A DNA stretch of 64,000 nt from a virus, in the IMG/VR virus record IMGVR_UViG_3300025018_000006, positions 1 through 64,000 of that record, one strand, 5' to 3'. A model generated the notes under the pieces. The model was not told the origin of the DNA and ran no database searches. It worked only from the letters and a program-made list of their open reading frames with translations. How positions within the stretch are numbered: position 1 is the stretch's first letter; each line of letters starts with the position of its first letter. Made by a program: the position numbers and the translations under genes. Below are positions 47,674-57,071 of this stretch, piece after piece.

Positions 47674-48522
47674 TGACAAACTCGCTGCCGCTCGTTTGCA
47701 CGACCTGATGGCCCCTACACCGGATTACGCACAATCCTACAAAAACAGAGCCCAGCTGATAGTCAATGACGTTTAGCTAAGCTCTGAGTACAACATTAGT
47801 TGCCAATTCGGGGAACGAACTGAATGAACTTTGGATGTTCACTTGCAAATATACTGTAAAAGTTTAACCCCTGCAATGTATTGAGCAAAATCCTGCATAA
47901 ATTCATTCCTATTCATACTCACCAGCATGCCATGCCATGGTCATCTCAGGTGAAGGCGCATTGAATGCAAACCCGCATGGGTAGGGGCTTGGAGAGACAG
48001 GGCAACCCCTTTCTTGGGGGTTTTGGCATGGTATCTCTTTGTTGTTAGTAATGAAATAGTTATTAATTACGATTTATGAGATGTATAATATTTGTTTAGT
48101 TGTTGGTATATGGTATCTGTTGGATTCTGTTGTTTGTTAGATTACGATAAGTTTTTTGTTTTAGTAGATTATTTTTTTCTTTCATTAGATTATTCATTTA
48201 TTTTCATTTAAGTCATTGATTAATCTTTTGGAACAAATTGTTTATTTTCCGATTACTTTTTGTTGTGTAGTAATTTAGTAAATAAGTAAATTTTGGTAGG
48301 TATTCATTAGGAGCAGTTTTCTCTCTTTTTAAGGTCTCTTTTAAGAATAAAGAAGAGGAATGGCTATAAACCACGGTATCACTCAATCGTTAGGTACAAT
48401 TACTATAACTCCCAGTGTAGTGCTGGTTAACTTTGAGTGTAATATTTAATACTCATTTATACACAACATGTGTAATCGGATTACATTCAAATTGTATTTT
48501 ATGTTGATAACTATTACAATTA

Positions 48523-48558
48523 TTTTGTAGTGGTTAATATATTTATGCTGTATATTTG
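48523..48558 (+). promoter_or_regulatory. Bacteroidota sigmaA-type promoter for the RepL-like gene
   Basis: TTTG near 48524 and TATATTTG at 48551-48558. Confidence 0.55.
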
Positions 48559-48602
48559 TTTCATAGATTATTAAAAACTTAAATATTAATAGGGGGAAAG
48601 AC

Positions 48603-49277
48603 ATGAAAGCAACTTTGGAAAATGGTAATAGTAATGCATTAAGTGTAAATCATAATAACAAATTAGATTTAGATCTTCAACGATACCTTGATGAGGTGAA
48701 GAATATTGAGAAGTTTAGTGAGGCACCTGTAGTAAATAGTAATCCATTTACTGCATCATTAAAAGCTTCCATGACTGTTCAACATAAGGTATTACATGCT
48801 GTTAATGGTTTTGGTTCAGTAGAGATGATAGATAAAGAGTCTGGAGAGGTTATCAGCGACCTGTCAGAGAATAGAGTATTTACCAAAAGGCAGTATGTTG
48901 ATTCTGATAAATTCACAAAGATATACCTTGATCGTTTTAAACAACTCTTTGACTTAAGCAGTTCAACGGTAAAAGTATTTGGATATATCCTCAATGAGAT
49001 GCAAAAGGTCGAGAATGTAAATAGTGATATTATATACTTTGATATGGAAGATTGTAAAGACTATTTAGGGTTTAGTCAGAGTAATATGATTTACCGCGGA
49101 TTGACCGAGCTTCTTCAACACGGATTTATCGCCAAAGCAAAAAAACCTTCTCACTTTTATATAGATAGCAAAACAGCATTTAATGGTAACCGGATAGTTA
49201 TCATGGAAGAATATGAACGCAAAGAAAATGAGTTCTTTCAGGATAGACGGCATAATAAAAATGAATTAGGCAGGTAA
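48603..49277 (+). CDS. RepL/RepA-like winged-helix replication protein
   Basis: YVDSDKFTKIY...LSSSTVKVFGYI...IYRGLTELL..GFIAK.....FYID....FNGNR, a pattern of RepL-like plasmid proteins. Confidence 0.65.
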   Translation: MKATLENGNSNALSVNHNNKLDLDLQRYLDEVKNIEKFSEAPVVNSNPFTASLKASMTVQHKVLHAVNGFGSVEMIDKESGEVISDLSENRVFTKRQYVDSDKFTKIYLDRFKQLFDLSSSTVKVFGYILNEMQKVENVNSDIIYFDMEDCKDYLGFSQSNMIYRGLTELLQHGFIAKAKKPSHFYIDSKTAFNGNRIVIMEEYERKENEFFQDRRHNKNELGR

Positions 49278-49322
49278 CAAGCATTTATTTCTTTTTTAAA
49301 TCTTATTTAAATCTGAAATATT

Positions 49323-49787
49323 ATGAATGCTGAAATCTTAAACACTGAGATATTAAATGAAGTGGCATTGACATATCGTAATAAGTACGATATTACTAAA
49401 CGGCCAAGGATAACCACATCTCAATCAAGCTACGAGCTGTTACTGGCCAATTGGAATAAAGATACCATTTCATTGAAAGAAGAATTTAAAATACTTCTTT
49501 TAAACCGGTCAAATTTTGCCCTGGCAATATCTGTTATCAGCTCCGGAGGAACAATGGGAACAGTTGTGGATAAAAAACTAATCATTCTTACTGCATTAAA
49601 AATGAATGCGTCAGGAATAATAATGGCACACAATCATCCATCAGGTAATAATATACCAAGTGAAAGTGATAAGATTATTACAAAAGAAGTTGAAGCTGCA
49701 GCTAAAATAATAGGCATAGATATACTTGATCATATCATTGTCTGTCAGCATAAATATTTTTCATTTGCAGATAGTGGATTAATTTAA
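49323..49787 (+). CDS. radC: RadC-like JAB/MPN domain protein
   Basis: EEFKILLLNRSN, HNHPSG..PSESD and LDHII motifs. Confidence 0.92.
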   Translation: MNAEILNTEILNEVALTYRNKYDITKRPRITTSQSSYELLLANWNKDTISLKEEFKILLLNRSNFALAISVISSGGTMGTVVDKKLIILTALKMNASGIIMAHNHPSGNNIPSESDKIITKEVEAAAKIIGIDILDHIIVCQHKYFSFADSGLI

Positions 49788-49895
49788 ATTATAATTATGA
49801 ACAATAGAATATTTCTTCGAAAATACAATAAATGGATAAATAGTGGATTAAAATGGATTATAGATAATCTTTTAAACTATTAAATAAATAAATAA

Positions 49896-50387
49896 ATGAA
49901 AAACATATTATCATTTTTCCCAATCGTTGAAAGAGCATTTGAAATATCACAGGTTAGCGATACATCAATAATACTGTATTACGATGAATCTTTGTATAAA
50001 AATGGTCATAAAGATTGTCAATTACTTAGCAATGAACTTATGTTATCAAAGACTTATTCCGGATCATCAATTTATGCAAAAGTCATCAAACCTGATATTA
50101 ATATGATTCTTGGTGAGACTAAAGGACATCAAACTATGGAAGGAATTATGCGTAAAGCTATTGAAATACGTAAGTGTAAACTCGACAACACCAGTCTTAA
50201 TTTATCATCTAAAAGTTTATTGAAAAGAGCATATGAAAAATTTGATTTAAATGTTTCTCAAATCATATTAATTGAACGATTAGCAATTGCTATAGCTAAA
50301 TTAGATAACAATAAACTTATTGAAGCTCAACATATCGTTGAAGCAATAAATTACTCAATATTACCTAAAGACATGAAAATCTATTAA
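49896..50387 (+). CDS. Protein with a ComM/YifB (Mg-chelatase C-terminal) domain, no ATPase core
   Basis: SLLKRAYEKFDL......IERLAIAIAKLD....IEAQHIVEAINY. Confidence 0.6.
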   Translation: MKNILSFFPIVERAFEISQVSDTSIILYYDESLYKNGHKDCQLLSNELMLSKTYSGSSIYAKVIKPDINMILGETKGHQTMEGIMRKAIEIRKCKLDNTSLNLSSKSLLKRAYEKFDLNVSQIILIERLAIAIAKLDNNKLIEAQHIVEAINYSILPKDMKIY

Positions 50388-50399
50388 ATATAAAATATC

Positions 50400-50555
50400 A
50401 TGGAAAGACCTGGAATAGCAAAAATAACATTTTGGTGGGTTGATGATAATGGTAATGAAAGACTCGCTGAATTTACCGAATCAAGCCTTGAACAAGCAGA
50501 AGAACTAATCGGACTGATGACCGGGAATATCTGTGAAGATGACCTTAATTCATAA
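50400..50555 (+). CDS. Small acidic hypothetical protein (51 aa)
   Basis: MERPGIAKITFWWVDDNGNER...; AT-rich leader. Confidence 0.45.
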   Translation: MERPGIAKITFWWVDDNGNERLAEFTESSLEQAEELIGLMTGNICEDDLNS

Positions 50556-50624
50556 AATCATGAAGATTACAGAATTTTACAATAGTCAAAAGTTGCAATG
50601 AGCGTAGGACGTTCTTACGCTTGT

Positions 50625-50717
50625 TGCTAACGGTGGTAATATGAAAAGTTGGTTTTGCAGTCGCTTTCAATTTACCACAGCAGTTTGATAGCCAATTTTT
50701 TATATTACGTGTTAGCG
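50625..50717. mobile_element. attC-like recombination hairpin
   Basis: TGCTAAC...GTTAGCG ends; inner arms GTAATATGAAAAGTTGG / CCAATTTTTTATATTAC. Confidence 0.55.
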
Positions 50718-50932
50718 TTTCGTGCTTTATTTCAGATTATTAACTTTAAAAATATAATATTATGAGTGATGGAATTTCAGACAGGTGGCTCAAAGAAGGA
50801 TAAAGAATAGGAAAATACCTCTGGTAATTCAGGGGTTTTTTTTTATCATTATGCTTAAATAAAAAAAAATCCGAAGGAAGATGTTATTCTTCCTTCAGAT
50901 CTCTTTACAACTAATAAACCAATAAAACCAAC

Positions 50933-51148
50933 TTACAATCGTAGAAAATCTTTATCTTTAGTATATTTCAAATACCGAGCTTCACTTTCTGTTAATCCGA
51001 TAAATTCACTTTCAGTAAATGATATTTCATCTGGATAATATTCAAAGAGAGTTTTTAAACTTCCATCTTCAAAAGTAACAATTACTCTTGGCATTGGATC
51101 TTCGAATCTTTCCGGCTGCTTAGTTATAATGCAGTTAGTTATTTTCAT
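50933..51148 (-). CDS. Small hypothetical protein
   Basis: 71 aa; LFEYYPDEISF..EFIGLT. Confidence 0.6.
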   Translation of the reverse strand: MKITNCIITKQPERFEDPMPRVIVTFEDGSLKTLFEYYPDEISFTESEFIGLTESEARYLKYTKDKDFLRL

Positions 51149-51157
51149 GGCTTTGTT

Positions 51158-51775
51158 TTAAATATTAATTAAATCCAATTGATTTCTATTATATAATGGA
51201 ACTTTATTACGAATATATGCTTTTAATTGTTGAAAATGAGCTTTAAGAGTTTCTTCAATTTTAGAATCTATAACTTGTTTAGCTTCTCTAATCATTTCAT
51301 CTTCACCATCATCACCATAAAATCCCCAGCAGCTATCAAGCTCAGTGCAATATCCATAAACTTGTCCAGAAAGATATAAATTCCATTGTTCAATCAATGC
51401 TTCCGCGACTATTGTTGCTTGTTCTTTTTTCCAAGTCCATTTAGCTTGTTTTTGAACAAGGACAAAACCTTTAAAAGACACATCAAACTTATCAGTAAAT
51501 GGATATTCAGTTTTACTTAAAGACAGGGATACTCCTCCGTGAATATAGGCGGAGACTGGAAATATCCAATATCCTTTATAAGTTTTGAATCCTTCTGAAA
51601 ATTTGTGAAATATATCCAATGGTTCAAATCCATCTACTTTTACATTGAAATCTCGATGATCATATACTAAGAAGCAATCATCATTACCCCAAGCATCTGG
51701 ACTTTCAGCATTGGTATCATACAATACCTGGATATCATATCCTTTGTAATTGATTGTCTCGATTAAATTATCCAT
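51158..51775 (-). CDS. Hypothetical protein of an MGE early-region family (antirestriction-like, tentative)
   Basis: YIHGGVSL, YLSGQVYGY and DSCWGFYG motifs; probable start MDNLIET. Confidence 0.55.
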   Translation of the reverse strand: MDNLIETINYKGYDIQVLYDTNAESPDAWGNDDCFLVYDHRDFNVKVDGFEPLDIFHKFSEGFKTYKGYWIFPVSAYIHGGVSLSLSKTEYPFTDKFDVSFKGFVLVQKQAKWTWKKEQATIVAEALIEQWNLYLSGQVYGYCTELDSCWGFYGDDGEDEMIREAKQVIDSKIEETLKAHFQQLKAYIRNKVPLYNRNQLDLINI

Positions 51776-52142
51776 TTTCTTTTTGTTTTTCAGGTTCCCA
51801 AATCTTAATAGCAGTAAATTCGTTAATAGATGCATTAAGCTCAGAAAAAGCTAAAGCATAAGGATTTCTCAGCTGACCATAAGGAGCTTCTTTATTGTAC
51901 TGATACACATGCTGATTAGGAGTTATGTCTTGACACTTTTCAACCATGCTATCGGTTATACCATAAGGAAATGCAGTATCGATGCTTCCATCAATTCCTG
52001 TATATTCACAAGCAGTTCTTTTATTGCCAAATAATACATTAGCGATAAATCCATGAAGCATGGTGGCTTGACTTGCATCAAGATTATCTATCCATGCTTT
52101 AATAATCTGCTTTGTTTCGATATTTAGTTCACTTTTTTTCAT
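51768..52142 (-). CDS. Hypothetical protein
   Basis: 124-aa ORF in a coupled minus-strand cluster. Confidence 0.55.
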   Translation of the reverse strand: MKKSELNIETKQIIKAWIDNLDASQATMLHGFIANVLFGNKRTACEYTGIDGSIDTAFPYGITDSMVEKCQDITPNQHVYQYNKEAPYGQLRNPYALAFSELNASINEFTAIKIWEPEKQKENG

Positions 52143-52596
52143 AAAAATTCTTTGTAAAGATTATATATTTTATCCAAGCAAAAGGCCTTCTTAATTTGTA
52201 ATACGCATTAATGTTAGCCTTATTATAAGCTTCTCTTTCAAAGCTAATGAGCCGGTAAGCATAATATCTCGGATATATAAACAAATTAATTATCCAGTTA
52301 ATAAAATACAAATAGTAAAATAACGGTAAGATAAACAATGTCCAAAGCCATAATCCGGACAATATAGCAACGGTAAGATAGATCAGTAATCCTACTGCAG
52401 CGCATTCCATTTGCTGCGCAATATGAATCATCTCATGGTTCCTTGTAATGATATTCATTTTTTTATACTTGTTCTGATATATCACAAAAGGAAACAGGGT
52501 AATAGCATACGCTGATCCAAATGTCAAAATGAGCATCAACAAAGGACTGATAATATGCCAACCTTTAAACGCGGGTAAAAATCTTGGTATTTTCAT
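52129..52596 (-). CDS. Membrane protein with HExxH zincin-like motif
   Basis: NHEMIHIAQQME...ISFEREAY plus TM helices. Confidence 0.65.
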   Translation of the reverse strand: MKIPRFLPAFKGWHIISPLLMLILTFGSAYAITLFPFVIYQNKYKKMNIITRNHEMIHIAQQMECAAVGLLIYLTVAILSGLWLWTLFILPLFYYLYFINWIINLFIYPRYYAYRLISFEREAYNKANINAYYKLRRPFAWIKYIIFTKNFYEKK

Positions 52597-52615
52597 TTTT
52601 TTTATTTTTAGATTA

Positions 52616-53140
52616 TTAGAAAGGACAAGTTAATTCACCTGTTTTAAATTTATGAGAATCCTTAATAACATCTTCCCAGAACTTATCTAGGTCTAAAGGA
52701 GGCTCAATTAACTCAATGTCAATAAGTGCATCTTTTAGACTCTGGATAATGGTTCCTCGGAAAGCATAACTATTTTCAATAGAGATTATGGAATCTTTAA
52801 GTGAGAAATTTATATTGTCCATTTTAAATAGATTAGGGAAATGTACTAAACGTTCGTTATAGTCCATTTTATTCAGTTCTTTAAGGAAATCCTTTACTCC
52901 AAACGGATACCTCACCTTAAGGTCTTCGTAAATATACAAATAATCCCTTACTTTTTCCTCAACTTCAGCAATCGTTAAATCATTATCAAATTCAATAGGA
53001 TATCCTAAAAATTGAGCAATAGTATTACACTGTTTCATAAATGCACTGCCATTAAACTCACTTTCTAATGTACCAAAATTCTCAATAAGCCATGATTTAA
53101 GCTCAAATTTAGCTCTGTGATGAAGGTTTAATAGATCCAT
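52616..53140 (-). CDS. Hypothetical protein
   Basis: 174-aa ORF. Confidence 0.55.
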   Translation of the reverse strand: MDLLNLHHRAKFELKSWLIENFGTLESEFNGSAFMKQCNTIAQFLGYPIEFDNDLTIAEVEEKVRDYLYIYEDLKVRYPFGVKDFLKELNKMDYNERLVHFPNLFKMDNINFSLKDSIISIENSYAFRGTIIQSLKDALIDIELIEPPLDLDKFWEDVIKDSHKFKTGELTCPF

Positions 53141-53328
53141 ATTGTAGATATTATTATAATTACAAGAAAGATGATAATTGCTATCAATATTATTTTAGGA
53201 CCTGCAAAATCTGTTCTTGGAGTAAAGCTTTCATAAATATCATGACCAGTCTTCGTTTCGTCTGTCTGCAGATTGTGGTATTCCCTTTGAATCTTCCTGA
53301 CTATTTGATTTATATCTATTTTCTCCAT
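53128..53328 (-). CDS. Small protein with a C-terminal membrane anchor
   Basis: 66 aa with C-terminal TM. Confidence 0.5.
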   Translation of the reverse strand: MEKIDINQIVRKIQREYHNLQTDETKTGHDIYESFTPRTDFAGPKIILIAIIIFLVIIIISTIWIY

Positions 53329-53638
53329 TTGGGTATTCTCTTAAATAAAGTTCGTATCCAATATAATGTAAATGATAGTTACAGGCTGTAACTAACCTCC
53401 TCATTTGTGAGGTGAGAGCTTTATGTTTACTTATTTCTCTGGCAAACAAGATTGTATTGACAAGCATGTTGTATGTATTAAGCAAATGCCAGTCATCAAA
53501 ATCTTTTATTGCAGTTAATCTTCCATCCTGACTTTCCCAAATATAGCTTTCAAAGCGATCTGGTTTAGTTTTGAATTTATCAGGGATTTTAGTTCTTGTT
53601 ACCTTAAAATCTACAAATGTATTGTTTGTTGCTTTCAT
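53240..53638 (-). CDS. Hypothetical protein
   Basis: WESQDGR...IKDFDDWHLLN motif common in phage proteins. Confidence 0.55.
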   Translation of the reverse strand: MKATNNTFVDFKVTRTKIPDKFKTKPDRFESYIWESQDGRLTAIKDFDDWHLLNTYNMLVNTILFAREISKHKALTSQMRRLVTACNYHLHYIGYELYLREYPNGENRYKSNSQEDSKGIPQSADRRNEDWS

Positions 53639-53835
53639 GGTTTTACTGTTTCTATTTCTTCTACTTTAAGTTTTCGTAAATTATTACCGAATAATTCATC
53701 AACAATGATTATCTCATCATCAAAATCAACTTCTCTGATATATACGGTAATCCCGGTTGATTTCTCTTTCAACCATAAAGAGTTTCCAGATAAAAGGTTT
53801 GATACCTTATCCTCAAATTTTACTATTTTATCCAT
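53635..53835 (-). CDS. Small hypothetical protein
   Basis: 66 aa, coupled overlaps with neighbours. Confidence 0.5.
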   Translation of the reverse strand: MDKIVKFEDKVSNLLSGNSLWLKEKSTGITVYIREVDFDDEIIIVDELFGNNLRKLKVEEIETVKP

Positions 53836-54386
53836 AAATCTTCAAGTTTCATTAATGTTTCACTTTTTGGTAATGGGCAATTCTTAATCCATTTCATGTT
53901 TGACTTTATCTGCCAAATGTTTTCGATAAATTCAGTTACATCAGGATCTAATGTAATGCCTTCAAATATATTAAGTCTTGGACTTATCCCAATTAATGGA
54001 TTAAACTTTTTAGTTTCTTTTAACTTTTTCATTATATCACAAAATTCATCTGCTGAACGTTGATCATGCAGTGTTAAAGTAATACCATCAACTCTGGCTA
54101 CAAGAAATAGAAAATCCTCTATACTCCAATCTGTTTTGGCAGTATAAACGATAATCTCTTTGCACCCAGCAATAAGGATAACCGATATTAATGTATGTAG
54201 CTCAGGTAAGAATAAACATGGCTCACCTCCAGTGATGATTACCTGCTTATAATTATCTATCTCATGCAGAAATTTCTCCCTGGCTAAGGTAGGTATATTA
54301 TCCTGAGTGAAACTACTTTGCTTGTTGCAACATCCTTTGCAACTTCTATTGCACTCATAGGTGCAGATAAGCCTTAATTTTTTCAT
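53823..54386 (-). CDS. Radical SAM protein
   Basis: CNRSCKGC (CxxxCxxC) and ITGGEP; probable start MKKLRLICT. Confidence 0.85.
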   Translation of the reverse strand: MKKLRLICTYECNRSCKGCCNKQSSFTQDNIPTLAREKFLHEIDNYKQVIITGGEPCLFLPELHTLISVILIAGCKEIIVYTAKTDWSIEDFLFLVARVDGITLTLHDQRSADEFCDIMKKLKETKKFNPLIGISPRLNIFEGITLDPDVTEFIENIWQIKSNMKWIKNCPLPKSETLMKLEDLWIK

Positions 54387-54497
54387 AATACTTGGTTTAA
54401 AATTGTTATAAAAGTTAGAAAAAAAGATAAATGCTATGTACCCGGCAAGTAACAAGTAATTATTTTTTTTTTAAATCTTTAATAATAATGCTTAAAT

Positions 54498-54788
54498 ATG
54501 GAACAGGTAAAAAATCAACCTAACCTTCAAATTAAGATGCAGAAATTTGATGGTGATTTAGTAAAATGGCCAGATGATGTTTTCTCAAAATGGGCTGAGG
54601 ATCTCACCGATTCAGAGAAGAAAGAATTAATGGCTCTGCATAGAAATGCTCGTGATTTTTATAAGCGTATTTTGTCTGAAGAGTATCGGAAGAAAGTTCC
54701 AAACAGTTGGAGGTATAAAGATGCCGAAGAAAAGATACGTAAGTATAATTTTCAGGGAAAACTCTTGAAAGAATTAATTGATAAATAA
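54498..54788 (+). CDS. Hypothetical protein
   Basis: 96 aa, first gene of the plus-strand operon. Confidence 0.55.
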   Translation: MEQVKNQPNLQIKMQKFDGDLVKWPDDVFSKWAEDLTDSEKKELMALHRNARDFYKRILSEEYRKKVPNSWRYKDAEEKIRKYNFQGKLLKELIDK

Positions 54789-55782
54789 CCCTTTAATACA
54801 TTTAAAAATGAATTTACATTCAATCAAACCTGGTAAAGAAATTAACAAATCCGATGCTCCTGTTATCTTTGAATTTGAAGGTAAAGGACAAGATGTTCAA
54901 CCAATAAGCCTTGACCTGCTTAAAAGTAGTATCCGTAGAGAATCTGGTCTTGCAGGTATTAGAAGTATCCCGGCTCAGTACTGGAATGCTTATAACACAA
55001 TCTCAAACATGGTCGAGGAAAGTAAATTGAATTTTCAACATAAAGAAATTTATGTTCAGAACAATTCATCAAAAGCATACCTTACTGATGATGAAAAAGA
55101 AGCAGGATTTACTCAAAAGAATGCTCCTATCAATCGTTGGAGATTTGATAAAATCATATCTACTATTCAGCTTCCAAATATAGTTGCTGATAAAAATATT
55201 TCCGATCTGGCTCGTAATGCTGCCATAGGAATATCTTTAAATAAAGAAGGTTTAAGCATTGCATTTGGAATGAATGTGTATGCCTGTACTAATTTCAATG
55301 TTATGGGTGGTACCATTATGCATTCCTATGGACAGGGAAGTAGAGATTCAATGCCCTGGGATCTGATGAAGCATAGACTTCAATCATGGATTTCTCAAAT
55401 TGATCAAATATGGTCTGTGCAGAATGATATCATGAAAGAAATGATGAATTATCAGTTGCCAGCCATAGGAAATGAAGCCATTGATGAAATTATTGGTGGT
55501 CTGTATATTGGTGCTTTAAAGAACGCTTATTTCAAAGGAGATCCTGTTCCATTTAATACTCATGAGCTAAGTGATTTTGTTCAGGAGTCTATTCGTCAGC
55601 AAAGAGTACAGGAAACTGTTGCTAATGTCTGGGATTTATACAACTGGGGAACCAGTATCATGAAGCCCGGCCGTATGGATATTGGTGAAATTTCTACCAA
55701 TTCAAATATGTGGTCAGACTATCTGATTGATCATTTCAATATTGACGCTCCAAAAGAAATATTTGCGGAGGAGGTTGAATAA
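54778..55782 (+). CDS. DUF932-like protein
   Basis: IAFGMNVYACTN and NVWDLYNWGT motifs. Confidence 0.6.
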   Translation: MINNPLIHLKMNLHSIKPGKEINKSDAPVIFEFEGKGQDVQPISLDLLKSSIRRESGLAGIRSIPAQYWNAYNTISNMVEESKLNFQHKEIYVQNNSSKAYLTDDEKEAGFTQKNAPINRWRFDKIISTIQLPNIVADKNISDLARNAAIGISLNKEGLSIAFGMNVYACTNFNVMGGTIMHSYGQGSRDSMPWDLMKHRLQSWISQIDQIWSVQNDIMKEMMNYQLPAIGNEAIDEIIGGLYIGALKNAYFKGDPVPFNTHELSDFVQESIRQQRVQETVANVWDLYNWGTSIMKPGRMDIGEISTNSNMWSDYLIDHFNIDAPKEIFAEEVE

Positions 55783-56066
55783 TGGCTACAAAAAAATGGA
55801 CTTATCATATTACACATAGTTATGAAGATGTTGAGTCGGGGCTTAAAGTAAGCTCCCTTACTCAACTATATCAGACAGGTGTGTATATGATCGTTAATAA
55901 TGATGCGGCTGCACAGTTTAACTTTAAGCCAAGTCAGATGGTTAATCTGGAAAGAAAGCTTATAAAAGCTCAAGATAGTGAATTTATAAAAAATCTTATC
56001 TTTGGAAGAAAAATAACAGTCATTGAAAATGAAGATGGCCTTTATGAAGATGAAGATAAGAATTAA
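55782..56066 (+). CDS. Hypothetical protein
   Basis: 94 aa; start overlaps the previous stop. Confidence 0.55.
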   Translation: MATKKWTYHITHSYEDVESGLKVSSLTQLYQTGVYMIVNNDAAAQFNFKPSQMVNLERKLIKAQDSEFIKNLIFGRKITVIENEDGLYEDEDKN

Positions 56067-56107
56067 GAAATTATTTTCTTTTTAAATTTTAATAAAAAAA
56101 AAGTAAA

Positions 56108-56683
56108 ATGGGATTTTTTAGAAAATTAAATGATCTAATTGACGGTTATACCGTTCAATTAATTATCCGAAAGGATAATGATAAAATGATCGTTATGCTT
56201 ACTCCTAAATTGGATGTGAGTAAAGACGATGTACAAAAACAAATTGTTCCTTTGACAATCTCGGGAACCCCGGATCAGCTTGATCAAGGATTTATCCTTG
56301 CCGTATCAGATGGATTAAGACAAGCTTCTGGACTCCAGAGTAACATTAAGGAATATGAGGCTTCTATTAAAAAAGCTAACACTAAAGCTGCTGATAAAGG
56401 TAAGGTAAAGGATATTGTTCCACCTGAAAAGAAAGCTGATACAAGTCAAGCAAGTATGTTTGATGATAATGAATCAAAACCGGATACTGAACCAAAAGCA
56501 GAATTGGAAGAGAAAGCTGAAAAGCCTAAAACAAGTTCTATAAAGCCAGGTAAGACAAAGAAGGAAGATCCTCAACCGGGGCTTGAACCTGAGGATACTG
56601 AGGAAGAAAAACAGTTAGGTAATGATTTAAACCAAGATCCACCTTTCGAGGCGGATGACGATTTTGGAGATGACGAATGGTAG
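56108..56683 (+). CDS. PRTRC system protein E
   Basis: MxFF..L...PLTISGTPDQLDQGF motif followed by a low-complexity charged tail. Confidence 0.85.
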   Translation: MGFFRKLNDLIDGYTVQLIIRKDNDKMIVMLTPKLDVSKDDVQKQIVPLTISGTPDQLDQGFILAVSDGLRQASGLQSNIKEYEASIKKANTKAADKGKVKDIVPPEKKADTSQASMFDDNESKPDTEPKAELEEKAEKPKTSSIKPGKTKKEDPQPGLEPEDTEEEKQLGNDLNQDPPFEADDDFGDDEW

Positions 56684-56895
56684 CATTAAAAGTAGAAACC
56701 TTAAATAGGGAATTTGTTGACGGTAAGACCGGCATGATATTTCCCGATGTGAATCCTGCTTATACAACTGAGCAGGTTAGAGACTTCTTATCTAATCAAT
56801 ATCCTCACCTGGTAAATGCCAGGATAGAGGGTCCTGATATTCTTAAGACTAAAGTGAAATACACTTTTGTAACAAATGTAGGAACTAAGGGATGA
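56677..56895 (+). CDS. PRTRC system protein C (prokaryotic ubiquitin-like protein)
   Basis: REF...PD.NP..T.EQVRDF.S..YP.L.NA.IEGP...YTF...VGTKG with a free C-terminal Gly. Confidence 0.9.
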   Translation: MVALKVETLNREFVDGKTGMIFPDVNPAYTTEQVRDFLSNQYPHLVNARIEGPDILKTKVKYTFVTNVGTKG

Positions 56896-57071
56896 CAATG
56901 ACATTGAAGGATTATTGCGACGGGTTGAGGTTATTAAAATCTCAGCCCGTTTCTTTTGAATTGCATTGTGAGTTAGGTCATATCCTCGATGCTGATAATG
57001 AACCTATCTCCGAGATGGAACACACTGATAAAATCCTCTTAGAACCTGAAGAAATTCCTTTTATATTATGA
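56892..57071 (+). CDS. Small acidic protein (59 aa) inside the PRTRC operon
   Basis: MTMTLKDYCDGLRLL...EEIPFIL*; ATGA overlaps at both ends. Confidence 0.6.
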   Translation: MTMTLKDYCDGLRLLKSQPVSFELHCELGHILDADNEPISEMEHTDKILLEPEEIPFIL

